From NCBI GenBank assembly GCA_016187335.1, contig JACPJW010000001.1:128001-192000 (forward strand): DNA of 64,000 nucleotides, in the 5' to 3' direction. Shown here piece after piece: positions 8,941-19,161 of this stretch; position 1 is the first letter of the stretch; each line of letters opens with the position of its first letter. The notes beneath the pieces were generated by a model. The model did no database searches and was not told where the DNA came from. It saw only the letters and a list, made by a program, of their open reading frames with translations. The stretch is from Candidatus Aenigmatarchaeota archaeon. Its GTDB lineage: Archaea > Aenigmatarchaeota > Aenigmatarchaeia > GW2011-AR5. Both the position numbers and the translations under genes were made by a program.

Positions 8941-9480
8941 ATGGTATGGGCGCGGACAAAGCTGATGATATGGGACTACATATTCGAGCCCGTTGTGGAC
9001 GTGAGAATAAGCTACACCGGGAAAACGCCCGAGAAGTTCTACAAGAAAATCAACGAGTACATACGCACGATTTTCAACATCCCCGACGCCTACGTGCAGG
9101 AAAAGAACTACCTGTGGGAAAAGAACAAGGACGGCGAGAAATTCGAGGTCGCGTGGGAAATCACGAAAATCCTTGACGTCTTCAGCTACATCGTCGTTGA
9201 AATAGATTTAAGGGGGTTCTCAGCCGCCGGCGAGGGCAAGGCCACGGTAAGGCTGAAGCCGAGGCTGATAACGGAATATCCGCAGGACACGATATTCCAG
9301 CAGAACCTTCTTTACGAAATACTGAGAAGGACGTGGCACAGGCTTTTTTACCACAGGAAAAGGATGGAGTACCTGAATTTAGGGAAGGAGCTCGTGACGA
9401 CGTTTGAGAGCAGCGTAAAGCGCTTCGGCGAAACCATGAACGGCGAGCCGGAAAGCAGGGAAGAGGCAAGCCAGGGATAA
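8941..9480 (+). CDS. Uncharacterised protein, paralogue A
   Basis: 179 aa; shares beta-rich core and aromatic C-terminal pattern with next gene. Confidence 0.8.
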   Translation: MVWARTKLMIWDYIFEPVVDVRISYTGKTPEKFYKKINEYIRTIFNIPDAYVQEKNYLWEKNKDGEKFEVAWEITKILDVFSYIVVEIDLRGFSAAGEGKATVRLKPRLITEYPQDTIFQQNLLYEILRRTWHRLFYHRKRMEYLNLGKELVTTFESSVKRFGETMNGEPESREEASQG

Positions 9481-9532
9481 AATTTTCTTTCCGCCCTGAT
9501 TTGCCGGAAAGGATTGAAGATTTTGTTGAGCG

Positions 9533-10033
9533 ATGGTTATGGCAGAAGTTGTATGGCTTGACGATGTTCACGCCCCCGCTGAATGGGTCATAAGGCTAAG
9601 GGGCAAGAGGCCGTACCAGCTCGCGGAGATGGCACCGGACATCCTCAGAAGGGTAATGAAGGTCCAGACAAAGAACATTTTTGAGCTGGACATAAGATGG
9701 GACCTCACAGGGGACCCGAGGACGTTCTACGGCTACTGGGAAGGCCACAGGACCGAGGACCAGTGGACGAGAACGACGCTGAAAATAACAATACAGGGCG
9801 AGCAGTCAGCCGCCGACGGGACGGGAACGGCGCACGTGAGGGTCAGGGGCGTCATTGCAACAAGATATCCCTACCACAATTTCATACAGCGCACTTTCTG
9901 GTGGTTCTACAACCGCTTCTTTTACTATCAGCAGAGAAGAAATTACCTTTTCAAGACAAAGGACGAGATTTTACAGATGAGGGAAATAATGCTCCGCACC
10001 TTCGGCGTCAACGAGGAGGAAGTTTCACGTTAA
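9533..10033 (+). CDS. Uncharacterised protein, paralogue B
   Basis: 166 aa; G.G.A.VR.....I.T.YP and FYY..R..Y pattern matches upstream gene. Confidence 0.8.
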   Translation: MVMAEVVWLDDVHAPAEWVIRLRGKRPYQLAEMAPDILRRVMKVQTKNIFELDIRWDLTGDPRTFYGYWEGHRTEDQWTRTTLKITIQGEQSAADGTGTAHVRVRGVIATRYPYHNFIQRTFWWFYNRFFYYQQRRNYLFKTKDEILQMREIMLRTFGVNEEEVSR

Positions 10034-10266
10034 ACTTTGCCAAAGCGGAAGCATAAGGCAAGTATAGCAAAAGCAAAATCGGAAAGGAATGTCAGAGTTA
10101 ACAAAAACCCTGGCGATTCTTTCCATCTGCGGAAGTTCTAAAACTTTTATTAATAGTGGAAATGAAATAATTACCATGCTGGAAGGGAAATGTTAAGATA
10201 TAGTTTTCTAAAAACCTGCTGAGAATCTTGACTTTCTTTTCCACCTTGATAAAAGGGGCAGATTAT

Positions 10267-10632
10267 ATGGGCATATTTTCGGCAATAAAGAAAAGGCTTG
10301 GGCGCGGCAGCGACGATTACGGGGACATAAAGAGCCACGTCCTTGACGAGCCGTTCCCTCCTCCGCCGGCGCCTGCGCAGCAATACGACGAAAGGTTCGG
10401 CCCGCCGCTCCAGCAGGAAGAATTCCCCCGCGAGACTGGTTTTCCCGAGATGGAAAAACCGCTGACGCTGGAACGTGAACTGGAACCGCCTTCGCGAGAT
10501 TTCGGCAAAGAATACGACATTGCTGACAAATTAAACCTGATAGAGGCGCAGCTTTCGGCAATCCGCTCGCAGACGGAAACGATAAACGAGCGGCTGAAGA
10601 ACATGGAAGCGCGGTTGGCGAGGAGATATTAA
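10267..10632 (+). CDS. Pro-rich protein with C-terminal coiled coil
   Basis: N-terminal amphipathic MGIFSAIKKRLG, disordered Pro-rich middle, heptad tail KLNLIEAQLSAIRSQTETINERLKNME. Confidence 0.75.
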   Translation: MGIFSAIKKRLGRGSDDYGDIKSHVLDEPFPPPPAPAQQYDERFGPPLQQEEFPRETGFPEMEKPLTLERELEPPSRDFGKEYDIADKLNLIEAQLSAIRSQTETINERLKNMEARLARRY

Positions 10633-10990
10633 TCAAACGGCTTCTTGATAAGTTCTTCAAAGCCCAGTTGCTCTTCCGGAATTCCTTGAGATATGCCGTA
10701 TTTTCTTGCTTGTTCCAGATTTTCATCGCCTTTCGAAAACTGGAATGACTTGTTCCGGAATATGACAACGATTTCCTTGTTCCTGCATATGTGAATATAC
10801 CATCTTTTCTTCAGGGAATTCTTTGCTTTTCTTACGAACTCATTTTTTCTGCTGACATCGACCACGATGTTGTGGAATGGCATTTTAGCTTTTCTCCTTC
10901 CAGTGTTTTCTTTTTTGTCCCCATGATTTTTACAATACCCAGCAAATCTTTATTTCTCAGGCTTTCCTCGATCATCACTCCTTTCCACAT
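10629..10990 (-). pseudogene. Frameshifted hypothetical protein (two overlapping frames)
   Basis: MWKGVMIEESLRNKDLL..TLEGEK starts at 10990 and stops early; MPFHNIV..WYIH..YGISQGIPEEQL continues in the -1 frame to 10629. Confidence 0.55.
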
Positions 10991-10994
10991 TTTC

Positions 10995-11450
10995 TCACTC
11001 CATCACAACCTCGTACCGCCTGTTAAAAATCTTCTCCAGCAGCCGCGATGCTTCTTCAGCATTGATACGCTTTTTGTGTATCCGGATTTTTCTTATTTCG
11101 CCGGGATAAGCAACATTGACGCCGATGACATGCACGCCCAGGATTTTCTCAATCATTGTGCGCTCTTCTGATTTTTCAACGACGCGCACGTTCTTGCCCA
11201 GGGCGGATGACAGTTTTTTCACGTTCTTTCCGGAAGTCCCTATGAATTTCGGGACGTCGGCAGCCGAGGCGATGACAAAGATGTCTTTCTCCGTATCAAT
11301 GACGTGGCTGAACTTCGCTCCTATTCCGAGCTTGTGGACGGCGCGCGCTGCGCTGATTTCTGTTCCAGTTATTTCCCTAGCCTTCAGCCTGTTGCCGCAT
11401 CCTTTGCAAAGAATGTCGCTCTGCAGGCATACATTGCATATGACTTGCAT
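10995..11450 (-). CDS. NusA-like KH-domain protein with N-terminal Cys cluster
   Basis: ICNVCLQSDILCKGC; KH motif KFIGTSGKNVKKLSSALGKNVRVVE. Confidence 0.8.
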   Translation of the reverse strand: MQVICNVCLQSDILCKGCGNRLKAREITGTEISAARAVHKLGIGAKFSHVIDTEKDIFVIASAADVPKFIGTSGKNVKKLSSALGKNVRVVEKSEERTMIEKILGVHVIGVNVAYPGEIRKIRIHKKRINAEEASRLLEKIFNRRYEVVME

Positions 11451-11503
11451 AACGATTATTGAAGCATGTTATCATTTAAAAATTCTCCTGTGCCCATAAT
11501 CCT

Positions 11504-12394
11504 ATGGTTGACCTGGTAGTTTTAGGCTCCGTCGGATACGACAGCATAAAGACGCCTTTTGGCTCAGCGGATAACGTTTTAGGCGGCGCTGCAACTTACG
11601 CATCAATTGCTGCTTCCTTTTTTGCTAAGCCGGGCGTGGTCGCCGTTGTCGGCGAGGATTTCAGCGGCATGGATAAGTTCCTTTCAAGGAATATCTCAAC
11701 AGACGGAATAAAAATCGTGAAAGGCATGACATTCCGCTGGTCGGGATATTACGAATACGACATGAACGAGGCCCGCACCGTTGAGACGCAGATGAATGTT
11801 TTTGAAGGATTCAGCCCTGCTCTTCCGGAAAGTTATAAAAAAGCGAAAAGCGTCTTTCTCGGCAACATAGACCCTGGGCTGCAGCTTTCCGTGCTTAAGC
11901 AGATGAGGCCGGAGCTTGTCGTTGCTGACACGATGAACTACTGGATAGAAAACAGGCGTGATGCGCTTTTTGACGTCATTAAAAAAAGCACTATATTCCT
12001 TCTCAACGACGGCGAGGCGAGGCAGCTTTTCAGCACGACCAGCCTTGCAGCAGCAGGGAAAAAAATCCTCTCTCTAGGTGCAAAAGCGGCTGTAATAAAG
12101 AAAGGCGAGCACGGCGTCCTTTTGTTCACGGACAGCAGCGTATTCATGCTTCCGGGTTATCCTTTGGAAAACGTTGTTGACCCGACTGGAGCCGGCGACA
12201 GCTTCGGCGGCGCGCTTTCCGGCTGCCTGTTAAAGAACGGATTGAGTGAGCAGTCCCTTAGAAAAGCAGTTGTTTACGGCTCGGCTGTAGCATCGTTCAG
12301 CGTGGAAGATTTCGGCACGAGCAATCTGGAAAGAATAACGATGAGCGACATAGAAAGGCGCTACAGGGAATTTGAAGCCATGATAAGGTTTTAG
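11504..12394 (+). CDS. PfkB-family carbohydrate/nucleoside kinase (possible adenosine kinase)
   Basis: GGAATYA N-terminal motif and DPTGAGDSFGG PfkB signature; adjacent to ahcY. Confidence 0.9.
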   Translation: MVDLVVLGSVGYDSIKTPFGSADNVLGGAATYASIAASFFAKPGVVAVVGEDFSGMDKFLSRNISTDGIKIVKGMTFRWSGYYEYDMNEARTVETQMNVFEGFSPALPESYKKAKSVFLGNIDPGLQLSVLKQMRPELVVADTMNYWIENRRDALFDVIKKSTIFLLNDGEARQLFSTTSLAAAGKKILSLGAKAAVIKKGEHGVLLFTDSSVFMLPGYPLENVVDPTGAGDSFGGALSGCLLKNGLSEQSLRKAVVYGSAVASFSVEDFGTSNLERITMSDIERRYREFEAMIRF

Positions 12395-12478
12395 CAACAA
12401 AATAATTTCCATAATTTCCCGCTTTTCTGAATCCCTTTAAGTTTGTTTTGTTTATAGTTACCCTAACAGGTTTTGGAT

Positions 12479-13726
12479 ATGCCGTACGATGTCAAGGATA
12501 TTTCTTTGGCGGAGCAGGGAAAAAAGCAGATAGAGCTGGCGGAAGCCCGGATGAAAGGGCTGCTGAAAATAAGGCGGCGCTTTGCCGAGGAAAAGCCCCT
12601 TTCAGGCCTGCGCATAGGCATGGCCCTGCACATCACGAAGGAAACCGCTGTGCTCGTTAGGACGCTGCACGCAGGCGGCGCTTCTGTGGCAATAACAGGC
12701 TGCAACCCGCTCAGCACGCAGGACGACGTTGCCGCGGCCCTGGCAGAAGAGGGTTTCGCTGTTTTCGGATGGAAGGGCGAAACGAACAGGGAATATTACG
12801 ACAACCTCAACAGGGTCCTTGAAACAAAGCCGAACATCACCATAGACGACGGCTGCGACCTTGTGACCGAGGTCCATACAAAAAGAAAAGAGCTTCTCAA
12901 AAACATCATCGGAGGCGCCGAGGAAACGACGACAGGCGTCATCAGGCTCAGGGCAATGGAAAAAGACGGCGCGCTGAAATACCCTATCATAGCTGTGAAT
13001 GACTCGAAGACAAAGCACCTGATGGACAATTATATCGGCACCGGGCAGAGCACGATTGACGGCATTCTTCGCGCGACAAACATTCTTCTGGCCGGAAAAA
13101 ATTTTGTCGTCTGCGGCTACGGGAGCTGCGGCAAGGGCGTTGCAATGCGCGCGAAGGGCATGGGCGCGAACGTTATTGTAACAGAGGTGGACCCCTTCAG
13201 GGCTGTACAGGCATTGATGGACGGTTATCGCGTCATGCCGATGGGCAAGGCAGCGGAAACCGGCGACATATTTGTAACGGTGACCGGCTCAAAGCACGTC
13301 ATATCCCTTGATGATGCAAAGAAGATGAAGGACGGCGCTGTCCTCGCTAACGCCGGCCATTTCAACATAGAGATAGACCTGGATTCTCTGGAAAAAACAG
13401 CGAAGAAAAGAAACATAAGGCCTTTCATGGATGAGTACACCCTCAATGGAAAAAGGCTTTACGTTTTGGGCGAAGGCCGCCTGGTCAACCTTGCGGCTGC
13501 AGAAGGGCACCCTTCGGAAATAATGAGCATGTCTTTCATGAACCAGGCCCTTGCTGCTGAATACATTGCAAAGAATCACCGGAACCTTGAGCCGAAAATC
13601 TACAGGCTGCCGGACGACATAGACAGCATGGTCGCCAAAATCCAGCTGGAAGCTTTGGGCGTCGAAATTGATTCGTTAACTCCAGCGCAGAAAAAATATC
13701 TGGAATCGTGGAGTGAAGGGACATAA
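12479..13726 (+). CDS. ahcY: Adenosylhomocysteinase
   Basis: [39 protein letters not shown]. Confidence 0.97.
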   Translation: MPYDVKDISLAEQGKKQIELAEARMKGLLKIRRRFAEEKPLSGLRIGMALHITKETAVLVRTLHAGGASVAITGCNPLSTQDDVAAALAEEGFAVFGWKGETNREYYDNLNRVLETKPNITIDDGCDLVTEVHTKRKELLKNIIGGAEETTTGVIRLRAMEKDGALKYPIIAVNDSKTKHLMDNYIGTGQSTIDGILRATNILLAGKNFVVCGYGSCGKGVAMRAKGMGANVIVTEVDPFRAVQALMDGYRVMPMGKAAETGDIFVTVTGSKHVISLDDAKKMKDGAVLANAGHFNIEIDLDSLEKTAKKRNIRPFMDEYTLNGKRLYVLGEGRLVNLAAAEGHPSEIMSMSFMNQALAAEYIAKNHRNLEPKIYRLPDDIDSMVAKIQLEALGVEIDSLTPAQKKYLESWSEGT

Positions 13727-13743
13727 TTCTGAAGGCTGTTGTT

Positions 13744-14310
13744 ATGGACTACGTCCACAGAAGAGTTGCTTCCGCAATAATAACCCTGGCAGACATAATG
13801 GAACCGGGTCAGTATGTTATGCCTGTTGCTCTGGACGGGGCAGTTGCTTATCATTTATCACGTTTTCGCTGGATGAGAAAAGGATTAAATCCGGAAGACC
13901 AGCTGGGCAATACAATCCAGGCAACGTCAAGGCTTGGTGAAATGGACGAGGCTAAATTCAGAAGAATATTGCAGGACGCTTACTCTGCCGATAAATCTGT
14001 ATACGCATTGGATATCAGGACAAAAACAGGCAGGCTTGGCTCAATGCTGAGAGGCATAGCGGGCAGCACAAGCACCAGGTTTCTTTATGCTGTCCTTTTT
14101 GACCCCAATCACGTGGCTGACATAATGGCTTCTGATGAAGATCTGACAGATGAGGAAAGGTCTCATATTTACTGGACACCGACCCGCGAAGCTCAGCAAG
14201 AATTTATCAGAAAAGAAGGCAATTTGTGGGTTTATAACTTAAGCCATGATGCCCTCAGCAGGCTTGACCACGTTCAGCCGATAAAAGACCTGCTGATGCA
14301 GCTAGGCTGA
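13744..14310 (+). CDS. Hypothetical protein (ORFan)
   Basis: 188-aa ORF with AT-richer codon usage. Confidence 0.65.
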   Translation: MDYVHRRVASAIITLADIMEPGQYVMPVALDGAVAYHLSRFRWMRKGLNPEDQLGNTIQATSRLGEMDEAKFRRILQDAYSADKSVYALDIRTKTGRLGSMLRGIAGSTSTRFLYAVLFDPNHVADIMASDEDLTDEERSHIYWTPTREAQQEFIRKEGNLWVYNLSHDALSRLDHVQPIKDLLMQLG

Positions 14311-14356
14311 TTCTTTTTCGGCTTGATTATTAAAATATTCTTCTCCTACTTTTATC

Positions 14357-15514
14357 ATGCTTGAGTTAGCTTTGGTAGGCGCGCCGAACAGCGGGAAATC
14401 CACGTTCTTCAAGGCAGCAACATTGAAAGACGTGAAGATTGCTCCTTATCCTTTCACAACGCTGGAGCCCAACGAGGGCTTGGCCTATGTCACGGCAAAA
14501 TGCGTCTGTGCGGAACTAGGCACGAAATGCATTCATTGCATCGACAATGTGCGCTTCGTTCCAGTGAAATTATGGGACGTCGCAGGTCTTGTCCCTGAGG
14601 CGCACCTTGGAAAAGGAAGGGGAAACGAGTTTCTCACGGACGTGATGAAGGCTTCGGGGTTTATCCAGATCGTGGACGCTTCCGGCAGAACGGACAGTGA
14701 GGGAAACCCATCGCAGGAATTTGACCCTTCAAAAACCGTTGGTATGCTGGAAAAGGAACTGGACTACTGGCTGTTATCGCTCATCAAAAAAGACTGGCGC
14801 GCCATCCAGCAGGACGCTGATTTTTCCAAAACCATAGCGGCGCGCCTCTCGGGCCTCGGCTTCAGCGAAGGAGTTGTGAAAAGAACTGCGGAAAAACTGG
14901 GCGCCGGCAAGGGCAGCGAAGACCTGCTGCTCCTTGATTTCCTGAGCGCGCTGCGCAAGCAGGCAAAGCCTGCGGTGATCGCTGCGAACAAGTGCGACGT
15001 GCGCGGCGCACGGAGTAACTTAGAAAAAATGCGCTCGGAATTCTCTGAATATCCGGCAATACCGACGTCAGCGGAAATTGAGCTGGCGCTGAAAGAGGCG
15101 TCAAAAGAAGAAATGATAGAATACACGCCAGGCAACAGCAGCATAAAAATAATCAGCGAAGATAAAATGAACCAGAAGCAGAAATTCGCCGTCAGCTTTA
15201 TGTCCGAATTTCTGAAAGAGCATGGCAGCACGGGCGTTCAGCAGTGCCTGAACACTTTGGTCTTTGAACTGCTCGACATGATAGTTGTTTATCCCGTAGC
15301 GGATGTGCACAAATTCACTGACAAGCACGGCAACGTACTGCCTGATGCCTATCTGATGAAGAAAGGTTCCACAGCGCTTGACCTCGCCTTCGCCATACAC
15401 CAGGACTTCGGCCACAAGTTCATTGCCGCAGTGGACGCAAGGACAGGCAGGAACGTATCAGCGAATTATGTTTTGCAGAACAACGACGTGCTTTCAATAA
15501 AGAGCGGGAAATGA
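14357..15514 (+). CDS. ychF: YchF/OLA1-family ATPase/GTPase with TGS domain
   Basis: GAPNSGKST, YPFTTLEPN, DVAGLV, TGS motif TALDLAFAIHQD. Confidence 0.93.
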   Translation: MLELALVGAPNSGKSTFFKAATLKDVKIAPYPFTTLEPNEGLAYVTAKCVCAELGTKCIHCIDNVRFVPVKLWDVAGLVPEAHLGKGRGNEFLTDVMKASGFIQIVDASGRTDSEGNPSQEFDPSKTVGMLEKELDYWLLSLIKKDWRAIQQDADFSKTIAARLSGLGFSEGVVKRTAEKLGAGKGSEDLLLLDFLSALRKQAKPAVIAANKCDVRGARSNLEKMRSEFSEYPAIPTSAEIELALKEASKEEMIEYTPGNSSIKIISEDKMNQKQKFAVSFMSEFLKEHGSTGVQQCLNTLVFELLDMIVVYPVADVHKFTDKHGNVLPDAYLMKKGSTALDLAFAIHQDFGHKFIAAVDARTGRNVSANYVLQNNDVLSIKSGK

Positions 15515-15591
15515 TTGTCAAAGCGGAAGGAAAAGTTCACGTCAGATGCTTATCAGAATAATTTTCAATTCGTACTTTCCTTTTGTCTTGA

Positions 15592-16575
15592 TTATTTCTT
15601 CCCGAAAGCGCCGGCTACAATCAGCGGGAAAATTATCGTCGCATCGCCCTCGACATTGACGGAGGAAGCGGCGAAAGCCTGCTTGCCCCATGACACGGCT
15701 TCTTCCGTTCGCGCACCGGAAACAGAACCGTCGCCTTCCGTTCCTGTGGTTATGTAAACGGTGTAATCGGTCCCGCCCCTTGCAAGATTGGCGTTCATTA
15801 TGTGGTGCTTCGGCAGGGAGCCGCCTAAAATTATGGCTCCGGTTTTCTTCGAGTCCATTGCGATGTCCGTGAGAAGTTTCAGGTCAGCAGCAATATCCAC
15901 TTTGAAGTCCGGGTGCTCGTGCATGAAGAAATACATCATGTCGCCTATGCTGCCGTCTGTGAGCGCAGGGCAGAAGACCGGTATGCTGTTGCGCGCCGCC
16001 CAATACAAAACCGAGTTTTCATCCTTGGCGAGCATTCCCAACCTTCTGGAAAATTCGCTGGCACTGATGATTTTTCCCGTCTTCTTCTGCTCTTTGTGCA
16101 ATTCCGAAAAGAACGGCATCATCAGTTTCTCAAACTCAATGTAGCATTCCGTCGGCACCAGTATGTTTCCTATCCTGTTTATGCCCGCTTCGCGCAGCTT
16201 CCTGTCGTCCATCCTGAAAGAGCCTAGAACAAAAGGACGCAGCGTTTTTATCACGTCCTCCTCAACGCCGCCGGCTGTTGTGACAAGGACGTCAACGTAC
16301 CTGTTCTTAACAAGATAAGCAATAACTTCGCGCAGGCCCGAGGAAACCATGTTGGAAGTGTATCCGAGGAATATCGTCGCCTTCTCCTGCCTCATCTGCT
16401 TTATGATGTCCACGGCTGTTTTCAGGTTCGTTGCCTGGAATCCTGTGGTGCCGTATTTTTCCAGAAATTCTTCAATGCTGAACGTTTTTGAGAAATCATA
16501 TCCTCTGACGGCTGTCCCTTTCGCCGGCTTGCTTTTCTTCAGAATATTCTTTCTCGCCTTTTCCAGATTGTCCAT
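15592..16575 (-). CDS. dys: Deoxyhypusine synthase
   Basis: FLGYTSNMVSSGLRE, TTAGGVEED, NRIGN, GSVSGA..EAVSWGK. Confidence 0.96.
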   Translation of the reverse strand: MDNLEKARKNILKKSKPAKGTAVRGYDFSKTFSIEEFLEKYGTTGFQATNLKTAVDIIKQMRQEKATIFLGYTSNMVSSGLREVIAYLVKNRYVDVLVTTAGGVEEDVIKTLRPFVLGSFRMDDRKLREAGINRIGNILVPTECYIEFEKLMMPFFSELHKEQKKTGKIISASEFSRRLGMLAKDENSVLYWAARNSIPVFCPALTDGSIGDMMYFFMHEHPDFKVDIAADLKLLTDIAMDSKKTGAIILGGSLPKHHIMNANLARGGTDYTVYITTGTEGDGSVSGARTEEAVSWGKQAFAASSVNVEGDATIIFPLIVAGAFGKK

Positions 16576-16625
16576 TCAAAGACTCTTTGTAAAAAACATT
16601 TAAAGAGCTGAAAGAAAGCTTGTCT

Positions 16626-18269
16626 ATGCATCCGTTTGCGCAGTTCCGCAAGGAATGCGAAGAGTTGTGCGGCGAAAACGCGCGGTTTCTGGAAGAGCCC
16701 AAGGAGCACGCAGACCTCGCCCTGCCTTGCTTCCGCCTGGGCAGGAACCCTGTTGAGATAGCGAAGCAACTGGAAAAAGACCTGCAAAGCAGGATAAAGA
16801 AGGACTCGCTTGTAAAGGATGTGGAAGCGTCAGGTCCATATATTAATTTTTTCATCGACAACAAGAAATTTTCTCATATTGTTATTCAGCAGGTTTTAAA
16901 TGAAAAAGAAAAATACGGCTCGCAGCCGCGCATGAAAGAAAAGATAATGATTGAGTACGCCCATCCAAACACGCACAAGGCCTTCCACGTCGGCCACGTG
17001 CGGAACATCTGCATCGGCGAGGCCCTGTGCAGGCTGCTCGAAAAAAGCGGTTATAAAGTGATCCGCGCAAATTACCAAGGAGATATCGGGCCTCACGTCG
17101 CGAAATGCTTATGGGGCCTGCAGAACCTGGGCATGTCGCAGGAAAAGAACAAGGGCCTTTTTCTCGGTGACGTTTACGCCGCGGCAAACGCGAGGATGGA
17201 GGGGAACCCCCAGCTGGAATCGGAGATCCAGAAGATTAGTAGCGCCCTTTACAGGAGGAGCGACAAAAAACTGCTCCAGTTATGGAAAAAGACAAGGAAG
17301 TGGTCGCTTGACTACTTCGGCTCGATATACAAGGATTTTGGCGCGAAGTTTGACCACCTTTATTTCGAGAGCGAGGTCTTCGAGGAAGGAATAAGGATGG
17401 CTCGCGAGCTGCTCGAGAAGGGTGTCGCGGAGATGAGCGAAGGCGCCATAATTGCCGATTTGAAAAAGCAGGGGCTCGGGGTGTGTGTGATATTGAAAAG
17501 CGATGATGATCCGCTTTACTCGACGAAGGATCTTGGCCTGGTGAAAAAGCAGTTCAGTGAGTACAAGCCCGATAAAATAATCCATGTCGTGGGCTCGGAG
17601 CAGCGGCTGTACTTCCAGCAGATGTTCAAGATATTCGGCTTCATCAACCCTGACTGGGAAAGTAAGAACTACCATCTTTCCTATGAGCTTGTCATGCTGC
17701 AGACGGGCAAGATATCTTCAAGGGCGGGCAGCGTCGTGACTTACGAGCACCTGATCGAGGAAGGGACTGAAAAAGCGGTGGAAGAAATAAAGGAACGAGG
17801 CATCTCGGAAGAAAAAGCCGCGAAGGACATTGCCCTCGCAGCGGTAAAGTATGCCATGCTGAAAAGGGACACTGATAGGACCATAACTTTTGACTGGTCC
17901 GAAGTGCTTAATTTCGAGGGCGACACCGGGCCTTATTTGCAGTACACTTACGCCCGCGCCTTATCCATTTTACGCAAGAGCAAAAGGAAGCCCAAAGCCG
18001 CTCCGCTTTTTACTGAACTAGAGTTCGACCTTGCAAAGAAGCTTGCCATGTTTCCTGAAATCATTGAAAAGTCAGCAAGGGATTTGAAGCCGAACTATGT
18101 TGCAAATTATCTTTATGACCTGGCGACGCTGTTCAACAAATTCTATCATGAAACCCGTGTTGTCGGCACTAAGGAAGAAGAGACTCGCCTAGCGCTGGTT
18201 GCCGCAACGGCGCATGTTCTTAAAAACGGCATGGAAATACTAGGGATAAAAGCATTAGAGAAAATGTAA
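16626..18269 (+). CDS. argS: Arginyl-tRNA synthetase
   Basis: HIGH-like FHVGHVRN, ISSRAG, NFEGDTGPYLQYTYARALSI, C-terminal anticodon-binding domain. Confidence 0.96.
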   Translation: MHPFAQFRKECEELCGENARFLEEPKEHADLALPCFRLGRNPVEIAKQLEKDLQSRIKKDSLVKDVEASGPYINFFIDNKKFSHIVIQQVLNEKEKYGSQPRMKEKIMIEYAHPNTHKAFHVGHVRNICIGEALCRLLEKSGYKVIRANYQGDIGPHVAKCLWGLQNLGMSQEKNKGLFLGDVYAAANARMEGNPQLESEIQKISSALYRRSDKKLLQLWKKTRKWSLDYFGSIYKDFGAKFDHLYFESEVFEEGIRMARELLEKGVAEMSEGAIIADLKKQGLGVCVILKSDDDPLYSTKDLGLVKKQFSEYKPDKIIHVVGSEQRLYFQQMFKIFGFINPDWESKNYHLSYELVMLQTGKISSRAGSVVTYEHLIEEGTEKAVEEIKERGISEEKAAKDIALAAVKYAMLKRDTDRTITFDWSEVLNFEGDTGPYLQYTYARALSILRKSKRKPKAAPLFTELEFDLAKKLAMFPEIIEKSARDLKPNYVANYLYDLATLFNKFYHETRVVGTKEEETRLALVAATAHVLKNGMEILGIKALEKM

Positions 18270-18292
18270 TATGGTCTAGAAAGAATTTCAAA

Positions 18293-18332
18293 GAAATTCT
18301 TGGTAGGCATCAAGGCATTGGAGAAGATGTAG
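18293..18332 (+). pseudogene. Orphan, synonymously different duplicate of the argS 3' end
   Basis: Encodes EILG IKALEKM* once a 4-nt insertion is removed; differs from 18234-18269 only at third codon positions. Confidence 0.75.
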
Positions 18333-18402
18333 GCAAAAACTATCATTGCGTAGTGAAGCGGAAAATAAAGTTTTTTAATCCTTTTCCCTGCTATTTTTCA
18401 TT

Positions 18403-18906
18403 ATGTTCTTCTCAGAAATCTACGGTTCGTGGAGGAAAATACAGGAAGAGAAATACGAGGGCTTGTGGAGCATCCTCGGGAGGGATTTCTTCGCGGCGTT
18501 TGAAAAAAGGCGCGTTCTTGACCTGGGGTGCGGCTCCGGGTATTTTGAGTCGTTCCTGCGCAGCAGGGGCGTGAACGCCGGGATAATCAGCGTTGACGTT
18601 GAATTTACAAAAAAGGTTTCCCCGTTTGTCATTGCGGACGGCGATTCGCTGCCTTTCAGGGACGGTTCTTTTGATATTGTAGTCTGCGTGGACACTGCCC
18701 ACCTCTTAGGCGGCAGCGATTTCCGCCGCGTTCTGCGCAAAAACGGTATTCTGCTGATGAGCGTTTTCTTCAACGGCACAAATTACGGGGAGCGCGCTGA
18801 AATGCTGAAGGAAAAGCTTGGCGGCTTTGAAATTCTGCTGGAATTTGAAACCGGTAAGAGGGAAAGGGACTGCGTAATTGTTGCAAAAAACTCAATGACC
18901 AGTTAA
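18403..18906 (+). CDS. Class I SAM-dependent methyltransferase
   Basis: VLDLGCGSG, ADGDSLPFRDGSFDIVV. Confidence 0.9.
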   Translation: MFFSEIYGSWRKIQEEKYEGLWSILGRDFFAAFEKRRVLDLGCGSGYFESFLRSRGVNAGIISVDVEFTKKVSPFVIADGDSLPFRDGSFDIVVCVDTAHLLGGSDFRRVLRKNGILLMSVFFNGTNYGERAEMLKEKLGGFEILLEFETGKRERDCVIVAKNSMTS

Positions 18907-18933
18907 AATAGAAATAAAAAATATAAGAAGAAA

Positions 18934-19161
18934 TCAGACCTTCTTTATTGCGTCGGAAAGAAAATCGATGATTTCTTTTTCCACGGGCACTGCGATGCTT
19001 TTCTTGTAGCGCCTTTCGCCCGTCCTTGTCATGAAGCCGCGGGAAATTGAAATGAATTCGTTTTCCCCTTCTTCCGTGACCGCTTTCTTTCTGGCTATTT
19101 CCAGGAAATTGGAAGAGCCGAACTTTATCTCCTCGCTTTTGATTGTTTCAAATGTTACCAT
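18934..19161 (-). CDS. Small conserved protein, possible PC4/Pur-like ssDNA/RNA-binding fold
   Basis: beta-beta-beta-beta-alpha pattern NFLEIARK..FISISRGF..KKSIAVP..IIDFL. Confidence 0.65.
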   Translation of the reverse strand: MVTFETIKSEEIKFGSSNFLEIARKKAVTEEGENEFISISRGFMTRTGERRYKKSIAVPVEKEIIDFLSDAIKKV

